From a virus: a stretch of DNA of 64,000 nt. The notes beneath the pieces are model-generated. The model was not told the origin of the DNA. It was given only the letters and a program-made list of their open reading frames with translations, and made no database searches. The stretch covers positions 1-64,000 of the IMG/VR virus record IMGVR_UViG_3300032753_000007. One strand, written 5' to 3'. This document shows positions 57,206 to 64,000 of this stretch, in pieces; the stretch's first letter is position 1, and each line of letters starts with the position of its first letter. A program made the translations under genes and the position numbers.

Positions 57206-59302
57206 ATGTTAAGTAAAAAAGAACCCTTTAATATATTTTTATTAAGTAATCAGAAATCACGTCTGATGGGCCTATTGCCTGTCCAATCAATGGACATTAA
57301 AAACATTGGTGGAGAATTTCATCCACAAGGGCTATACAGTATTGAAATATTTGGTGCACTAGGATCTAGGCAGCGTCAAAATAAACACGCCTATATTGAT
57401 ATGCGCTGTTATGTCATGCATCCTAAAATCTTTAGTGATTTAGAAAAACTAAAAGGACTCTATGCAGGCATCATGAGTAGAAAACAATATGCATTATGGG
57501 ATAATAACATAAAAGACTTTGTTAAGGCTGATGCCATTGATGGTAAAACAGGTTATTCTTTTTTTATGTCTCATTTTGAAGATATTCAGTTTCCACGTAA
57601 TGAGTCAGGCATACGCGATGCACGTATTGATCTATTAATACAAGAACAAAAAAAATGTATGTATCGCTATTTAGTTGTATTACCTGCAGGATTAAGAGAT
57701 TTGACTTATGATGAAAAAGGTCAAGAAGTAGAAGACGAAATTAATCCTATCTATAGAAAAATATTACGTACAGCTAATACTATTTTAGTAGATAATAACA
57801 ACATAAATCCAACAAATATTGATGTGGCTAGATGGACATTACAGACATCATTTAATGAGCTTTATGATTACATAGAATCAATCCTAAGTGGTAAGAAAGG
57901 ACTCATATTATCTAAATTAGCAGCACGCGCAGTGCATGGCGGTACACGGGCTGTATTGACGGCGGCGGATCCATCACCTGCTCATTTAAATGCGCCTGGT
58001 GGCTTTACTGTAAATGATACATTAGTGGGTTTACATCAATATATAAAAGGTACAGTAGAGTTAACTATTTATGGTATTAAAACAGGGTTAGCTAAAGACA
58101 TTATTGATAGATTACCTGGTGAAATATCATTAGTTAATAAAAGCACTTTAACTAAAATAACATTAAACCCATCAACTGATACAGTTACATTATGGGGTGG
58201 CGAAGTAGGATTAGAAAAACTAATTAATAAGTTTGAAAAACCTATTATACGACATAACCCTATAATGATTGATGGTCATTATTTAGCTTTGTTATATAGA
58301 GATAGTACGCATTTTAAAGTACTGTATGATATTACTGATTTACCTAAAGAGTTTAATAAAGCTAACGTAAAACCTATTACATGGGCTGAGTTTTTTTATT
58401 TAGCTGTTTATGAGCGCGTTAAAGATGTAGCAGTTTATGTTACGCGTTATCCTATTACTGAATTAGGTAGTATTTATCCATCTATGGTTAAATTACAAAC
58501 AACTGTACAGTGTGAAAAGCTAATACCATTAGATGATGATTGGAAACCTATAACTACTAATGTAAATGAAGTAACTGCCTACGCAATGCCTGTTTTAGGT
58601 AAACCCTTTTATGATAGTATCTCTGTACATACTACAAAGCTTCTTGAATTAAACGCAGATTATGACGGTGATAAAGTAAATGCTGTATTTGTAATGTCTA
58701 AAGAAGCAGTAGATGAAGTAAAAAAATACCATCATACAAAAACTACTTTTTTAAATAGTAGTGGTAGTTTACGGTATGGTGCTTGTGGTGTTAAAGATCC
58801 ATTAATTGGCTTGATATTACAAGGACTAACATCCGGTTTAGATAAAGATAAAATAATTACTATAGAGCCATTAAAAGAGAGTGAAACTAAAAATTATATT
58901 CAGTTAGTTGAACATAAATCACATGACCCTTCATTAGGTGGCATTGTTATTGATAAATTAAAAGCTGAATCTATTTATAGTAATTTATCTGATAGTGCTA
59001 ATATAGGCTATACATTGAAACGAGGTAGTGCTATAGTTGGATTTGCTGTTTTTATTCGATCAGGCGTTTCTATGTCAGGTGAATTATACTGTATTGTTTT
59101 AGATATTTATTCAGGTAATAACTACGGCTATAAAATACTTAAAACATTATTAAAGCAATTAAAAACACTAGGTGTTAAAGAAGTCATTACTACTGTAGGT
59201 AAAGACGCATCTGCTGGTATTGTTTTATGTAAAAAACTAGGCTTTATGTATGTGCCAATTAAATCACCTAATGTAATAGAATATCGTTTGAGGTTATTAT
59301 GA
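57206..59302 (+). CDS. rpoC: Virion RNA polymerase beta' subunit (catalytic; phiKZ gp180-like) with C-terminal GNAT-like domain
   Basis: 'FHPQGLYSIEIFG', 'VLPAGLRD', 'SGKKG', 'TRYP', 'NADYDGD'; the extra ~150 aa has a GNAT pattern. Confidence 0.9.
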   Translation: MLSKKEPFNIFLLSNQKSRLMGLLPVQSMDIKNIGGEFHPQGLYSIEIFGALGSRQRQNKHAYIDMRCYVMHPKIFSDLEKLKGLYAGIMSRKQYALWDNNIKDFVKADAIDGKTGYSFFMSHFEDIQFPRNESGIRDARIDLLIQEQKKCMYRYLVVLPAGLRDLTYDEKGQEVEDEINPIYRKILRTANTILVDNNNINPTNIDVARWTLQTSFNELYDYIESILSGKKGLILSKLAARAVHGGTRAVLTAADPSPAHLNAPGGFTVNDTLVGLHQYIKGTVELTIYGIKTGLAKDIIDRLPGEISLVNKSTLTKITLNPSTDTVTLWGGEVGLEKLINKFEKPIIRHNPIMIDGHYLALLYRDSTHFKVLYDITDLPKEFNKANVKPITWAEFFYLAVYERVKDVAVYVTRYPITELGSIYPSMVKLQTTVQCEKLIPLDDDWKPITTNVNEVTAYAMPVLGKPFYDSISVHTTKLLELNADYDGDKVNAVFVMSKEAVDEVKKYHHTKTTFLNSSGSLRYGACGVKDPLIGLILQGLTSGLDKDKIITIEPLKESETKNYIQLVEHKSHDPSLGGIVIDKLKAESIYSNLSDSANIGYTLKRGSAIVGFAVFIRSGVSMSGELYCIVLDIYSGNNYGYKILKTLLKQLKTLGVKEVITTVGKDASAGIVLCKKLGFMYVPIKSPNVIEYRLRLL

Positions 59303-59565
59303 AAGAAGAGTATAAAATTAAATTATTAGCATTAGTAAAGTTAATAAAAAAACGTTTATGTAAATTAGTAGGCTGTAATTTTTCATTAGTTGATGAAGTC
59401 ACTGTAAACGCTATTAGTAAACACCAATCTTATACTAAATTTACATTAAGCTGTAAACGCTGTAAAGGTGATATGATGATTGGTATGCTAGTGCCTATTA
59501 CTGAAATAGAGTTAGAAGATGCTATTTTATTAGAAAAATTTAAAAAGGGGTTAATTGTAAAATGA
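59299..59565 (+). CDS. Small Cys-motif protein
   Basis: 'LCKLVGC...SCKRCK'; ATGA-coupled on both sides. Confidence 0.6.
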   Translation: MKEEYKIKLLALVKLIKKRLCKLVGCNFSLVDEVTVNAISKHQSYTKFTLSCKRCKGDMMIGMLVPITEIELEDAILLEKFKKGLIVK

Positions 59566-62500
59566 CACTATTATCTACAGATGCTTTTACAACACAATTT
59601 GTTACACGACAATTAAATAAACTCAGCACTGTATCTCGTTTACGATCAGTTGATGATTTTGAATTACCTGAAAATGCGATTATTCATTATGTTAGTGATA
59701 GCGATCAGGTATTAGGCATTACTAAATCTAACGATATGATTAGAAGTACTAGCGATGTTTATACTTATCACGTTGATGCATTAGAGGGTAAAGAAGGCCA
59801 TTATAGTAAATCAGAAACTACACTAAATGCTTTAATTACAAAATACCATCAGTTTAATTTAGGTATTAAACGCATTAATAATCTGTCAAGTGTATTAGAA
59901 AAAGTTAAACAGCCTATTGTAGTTAACTATAGCATGTTACCTTCTTTATACAAATATACTGTTTCTTCATTATCAGTCTATTACGAGTGGTTAAATATAC
60001 GGACTACTATTTGGCACCATATTAAAGAAATAGGCAGCGATAAGCTTCATTTTATAGTTTATAAAATACCTGAAGTATTAATTACTAAAAATGATTTAAA
60101 CAAATATGCCCATAATTTTAAACCTGATGCGTTAGAATTATTTACTGATATTAATAATTTAAACCTATTAGAGCTATGGCGAATGTTAGGCGAAAATAAT
60201 ACTACATTAGAAAGTGAAATGGATGAATTACTTTTAAGTAAAGTACATATCGTATTTATTGAAAGTAGACATATCGGTATTTTTACATTAAAGTCTTTTA
60301 TTGATTGGGGTAAAAGCGATGGCTCTAAAGCTAAGATAGAGTTTTATAATTTCTTAGATAATTTAATTGCTAAACGCTCTAACTTAGAATCTGAAAAACT
60401 AATTAAAGAAGCAGGTGAAGAGCCTGAACAAGGTGAAATTAATAATGATAAAATTCATCAATTAATTAATGAAAAAGCAGAAAACGGCTTATTATCTACT
60501 AATGAAAAGAAAGCTTTATTAAAACTATCTGAAAAACATAAAACAGTAATAGACCCTGTTACTGGTTTAACGTTAGATAAAATAGCTGTTAAAAATACTG
60601 AATTAGTATTAAAGAAAAAACCACTCATTAAAGATAATAATACTATTTTTGATAAGTCTATGCTATACAGTAGCATTAGAGATTTAGACAAGCAATATAT
60701 TGAAGAAGGCTTATTACATCGGCATATGATAGAATCCGTAATGATGTTACATCCAGCAGGTGTCATTGTTAAAGATATGCGTGTTAAAGATAAAATGACA
60801 GCCGCTACTAAAGCAACTGTATATAGTTTTTCTTTACAGCCTATTAATGGGCCTTCATCTACTATTACTTTTCCTATCCCTAAAATTAATCCAGATGGTA
60901 CATTTTTAGCTGGTGGTGTTTTATATCGAATGGATAAGCAACATGGTGAAATGCCAATTGCTAAAATTAAACACGATACAGTTAAATTAACTAGCTATTA
61001 CGGCACTATCTTTATTAATCGATCTGAAAGTACAGTGACTAATCTATCTAAATGGATAGTCAATGCATTAGTTAAATTGACTAAAGCAGGATCAGTTACT
61101 AATTTAGTTTATGGTATTACTACTAAATTTGATAAAAACTTACCTAGACAATATACAGCCATAATGAAAAGTATTAGTCGGTTTAATTATCAGACTACTG
61201 AAGTTAATTATAGCTTTTATTTTACCTATAGTAAGCTTAGTAATTTCTTTTCAGAAACAGAAATAGCTAAATTTGCTAATAGTAAGTTAGTAGGTTGTGG
61301 TAGAAATGAAAAGACAGGTAATCTATTAGTCATGGATGAGTTAGGTGATGTAATAGAGTTACAAGATAACTCACCACTTAACTTAGGCAAGATACAGAAT
61401 ATACTATCTGATACAGGTGGCCCTATTGAATATACTGAAATGGGTTTATTAAATAGACGTATTCCAGTAATAATGGCTATGTGTTATGTACATGGATTTA
61501 CTAAAATTTTATCTGAATTAAAAGTACCTCTTGTTCAACATCCAGCAGGCACTAGAGTGCCCTATAAGCCAAAAACTTATGTATTAAAATTTAAAGATGT
61601 CGTTATTGAATTACCTTATAGAAATGTAGAAGAAGAATTACTATTCGGCGGGTTTATGCCATTTCGTAAAGATTTAATCAATTTCCGTAGTGGCGATTTA
61701 AATAAACGAACTGCTTATTCTAATTTATTAAGTGGTAATGGATTATCTACTTATCATTTTAGAGAATTATTATTAATGTGGGATATGTACATTGATCCTA
61801 TTACAGCTGCACTATTACGAGAAACTGATGCACCTACGGACATCTTTAATGTTATATTAGCAGCTAATCGTTTATTAATTAACGATGCTATGCCTGATTA
61901 TACGACTGTACGGTATAAAGGCTATGAAAGACTATGTGGGTTTATGTATAAAGAGCTTATTGGTGCAGTTAAAGCACACCGTGCTAAAGGCGCTTTAAGT
62001 GATGTAGGCATTACTATTAAACCTAATGGTGTTTGGTTAAATATATTGGAAGATCAATCTATTGTCTTAGTAGAACAAAGTAACCCTATTCATAATTTAA
62101 AAGAGCAAGAAAGCTTTACTCATGCAGGTGCTGGCGGTAAGTCCGCCATTACTATGGTAGCTGCTACACGTGGTTTTAAAGACAGCGATTTAGGTGTTGT
62201 ATCTGAAGCTACACCTGATTCTGCTAAAGTAGGTATTAGAGCTATGTTAACGCCTAATGCTAATATTGTTAATCTATTAGGTATGGTTAAACAATATGAA
62301 GAAGATAAAGATGGTATTAGTTCAGTTATATCTACAACTGCTATGTTAGCACCAGGCATTACCCATGATGATGGAAAACGATGGAACTTTAATAATGTTC
62401 AAATGTCACATGGTGTAGCTGCGATTGGTTATCAACCGTTACCCTATCGTACTGGTTATGAGCAAACAATTGCTAATCGTGTTAGTGATTTATTTGCTAC

Positions 62501-63512
62501 TGTAGCTACAGGTAATGGTTTTGTTTCTGAGATTAAATCATCTGGCATTACAATTACTTATGATGATGGTTCTAGTAAAACGTATTTCTTAGGTGTTAAA
62601 CACGGCATTGTATCGGGCAGTACTATACCACATCACATTGTAACGCATTTAAATAAAAATGATAAAGTTATTAAAGATCAAGTCATTTGTTATAATGACG
62701 GGTTCTTTACAACAGGCGAATTAGATCCAAAAAGCATTATTTATAAACACGGCGTTATTTGTAGAATCGCATTAGCTGAAGATAGCGATACATTAGAAGA
62801 CGGTTGCGTTATATCAAAAGGATTAGCTGATAAACTATTAACACCTACATCAGAAGTCTATGGCATTGTTTGTGACTTTAGTATGGCAATACATAATTTA
62901 GTTACTATTGGACAACGCGTTACACCTGAAACTATTTTGTGTATTCTTGAGCATAGCTATGAAGGTGCTGCAGAAAAAGATTCTGATGCAATTTGGGCAT
63001 TAAGTCAATTGAGCAATATATCGCCTAAATGTAAAGTCTATGGTACAGTCAGCGATATTGAAGTAGTTTACTTTGGTAAGCTAGAAGATATGTCACCTTC
63101 TTTAGCTGAAGTCGTTAGACACTACGATGCAATACGAAATCGTAATGTTAAAACCTATTCTTTAAATGAAGCTAAATCAGGTGAAATCGATGAAACAATT
63201 CGTGTATCAGGTAAAAAGCTAATTAAGAATCAAGCAGCTATTAAGATATATGTGGATTATATTTTAGATATGGGTGATGGCGATAAGATCGTTATAGGCC
63301 ATCCATTAAAAACAACCATTAGTCGAGTAGACATTAATCCTATGACAACTGACGATGGTGTTGAAGTAGATGCTTTATTTGGCGCTCAATCGGTATCAGC
63401 GCGTATTGTAAAATCTGCTGAAATATGTGGATTATCAAATGAAGTAATGTGTAAATTATCAGTAGATTTTGGTGAAATGGTTTTAAAACTTAATGAAGGA
63501 GATAACAAATGA
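59562..63512 (+). CDS. rpoB: Virion RNA polymerase beta subunit (phiKZ gp178-like)
   Basis: 'NPIHNLKEQE', 'SEATPDSAKVG', 'HDDGKR', 'YRTGYE', 'TLEDG', 'GDGDKI'. Confidence 0.9.
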   Translation: MTLLSTDAFTTQFVTRQLNKLSTVSRLRSVDDFELPENAIIHYVSDSDQVLGITKSNDMIRSTSDVYTYHVDALEGKEGHYSKSETTLNALITKYHQFNLGIKRINNLSSVLEKVKQPIVVNYSMLPSLYKYTVSSLSVYYEWLNIRTTIWHHIKEIGSDKLHFIVYKIPEVLITKNDLNKYAHNFKPDALELFTDINNLNLLELWRMLGENNTTLESEMDELLLSKVHIVFIESRHIGIFTLKSFIDWGKSDGSKAKIEFYNFLDNLIAKRSNLESEKLIKEAGEEPEQGEINNDKIHQLINEKAENGLLSTNEKKALLKLSEKHKTVIDPVTGLTLDKIAVKNTELVLKKKPLIKDNNTIFDKSMLYSSIRDLDKQYIEEGLLHRHMIESVMMLHPAGVIVKDMRVKDKMTAATKATVYSFSLQPINGPSSTITFPIPKINPDGTFLAGGVLYRMDKQHGEMPIAKIKHDTVKLTSYYGTIFINRSESTVTNLSKWIVNALVKLTKAGSVTNLVYGITTKFDKNLPRQYTAIMKSISRFNYQTTEVNYSFYFTYSKLSNFFSETEIAKFANSKLVGCGRNEKTGNLLVMDELGDVIELQDNSPLNLGKIQNILSDTGGPIEYTEMGLLNRRIPVIMAMCYVHGFTKILSELKVPLVQHPAGTRVPYKPKTYVLKFKDVVIELPYRNVEEELLFGGFMPFRKDLINFRSGDLNKRTAYSNLLSGNGLSTYHFRELLLMWDMYIDPITAALLRETDAPTDIFNVILAANRLLINDAMPDYTTVRYKGYERLCGFMYKELIGAVKAHRAKGALSDVGITIKPNGVWLNILEDQSIVLVEQSNPIHNLKEQESFTHAGAGGKSAITMVAATRGFKDSDLGVVSEATPDSAKVGIRAMLTPNANIVNLLGMVKQYEEDKDGISSVISTTAMLAPGITHDDGKRWNFNNVQMSHGVAAIGYQPLPYRTGYEQTIANRVSDLFATVATGNGFVSEIKSSGITITYDDGSSKTYFLGVKHGIVSGSTIPHHIVTHLNKNDKVIKDQVICYNDGFFTTGELDPKSIIYKHGVICRIALAEDSDTLEDGCVISKGLADKLLTPTSEVYGIVCDFSMAIHNLVTIGQRVTPETILCILEHSYEGAAEKDSDAIWALSQLSNISPKCKVYGTVSDIEVVYFGKLEDMSPSLAEVVRHYDAIRNRNVKTYSLNEAKSGEIDETIRVSGKKLIKNQAAIKIYVDYILDMGDGDKIVIGHPLKTTISRVDINPMTTDDGVEVDALFGAQSVSARIVKSAEICGLSNEVMCKLSVDFGEMVLKLNEGDNK

Positions 63513-63727
63513 GTGCAGTAATGACAACAGGCATTAATGATGTGCCTGGTAATGGCGACGTTATTGAACATGCTAGAGCAGCACGCGTAGGTGCTTGTGC
63601 AGTGAGCTTAGGCGTAGCTATTGTAAAAGAGTTAATTGGTAATGAAATTGGTAAAGAGGGCTTTAGTGATGAGTCATTGCCTGATATGATGGCTGCCGCT
63701 ATCAATAGCCATATTAGAGGATTATAA
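63509..63727 (+). CDS. Hypothetical protein
   Basis: 72 aa, AAGGAG RBS. Confidence 0.6.
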   Translation: MSAVMTTGINDVPGNGDVIEHARAARVGACAVSLGVAIVKELIGNEIGKEGFSDESLPDMMAAAINSHIRGL

Positions 63728-63729
63728 TC

Positions 63730-64000
63730 ATGTTAACAGTAAGAGCAGCAGAACTCGGTACTGATATGGCATTTTCTCTTTCTACGTGTTGCGAAAATGA
63801 TCATAATCAGAAACGAAGGACTTTATATTCCAAATCAGGCACACCTGTTAATAATGCGTTATTAACATTAACCCCTATTGAAAACACTATTAATGCTAAG
63901 AGTATTTCAGATGATTCTATTGCTACTAAAAGTAGTTATGGTAATCATGCGGATATTCAAAATCAAACTGCTATTAAAGCTTCGCATACTATTGCTAATA
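63730..64000 (+). CDS. Hypothetical protein, partial
   Basis: GAGGA RBS; MLTVRAAELGTDMAFSLS... open to the window end. Confidence 0.6.
   Translation, partial: MLTVRAAELGTDMAFSLSTCCENDHNQKRRTLYSKSGTPVNNALLTLTPIENTINAKSISDDSIATKSSYGNHADIQNQTAIKASHTIAN

Noticed and set aside
57206-63512. Inteins or introns in the RNAP genes
   Set aside because: Frames are continuous, and no intein splice motifs or homing endonuclease motifs were seen.
1-64000. Alternative genetic code (stop reassignment)
   Set aside because: Long ORFs tile the window under the standard code, and TAA, TAG and TGA all end coupled genes.

Overview
This is a 64-kb, AT-rich segment of a phiKZ-like (Chimalliviridae-type) jumbo phage genome. 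The assignment rests on the split virion RNA polymerase subunits (gp178/gp149/gp180-like, with NADYDGD), a gp181-like tail lysin, and SbcC, spike, UvsX and RNase H homologues; chimallin itself is not in the window. Bases 1-19.4 kb are a minus-strand tail fibre/tailspike cluster. Bases 19.5-48 kb mix core genes with small accessory genes, and 48.5-64 kb hold the tail lysin and RNAP block. The most striking feature is three GC-richer transcription cassettes (about 24090-25392, 33885-34410 and 37871-38412). Each starts with the same 43-bp promoter-like motif and a 5' hairpin, and its coding sequence folds into an almost continuous chain of hairpins. Four start sites in these cassettes carry a covarying boxB-like stem-GAUGA-stem hairpin directly against the Shine-Dalgarno. 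One cassette encodes an AcrIII-1 (DUF1874) ring nuclease and another a nucleotidyltransferase, suggesting an 'RNA-armoured' early anti-defence programme (inference). Also notable are a GNAT-like domain fused to the catalytic beta' subunit of the virion RNAP, a GC-shifted swapped tailspike module, and a ~40-aa module inserted four times into tail fibres. No tRNA, rRNA or CRISPR array was seen. All family calls come from motif recognition by eye; no searches were run.
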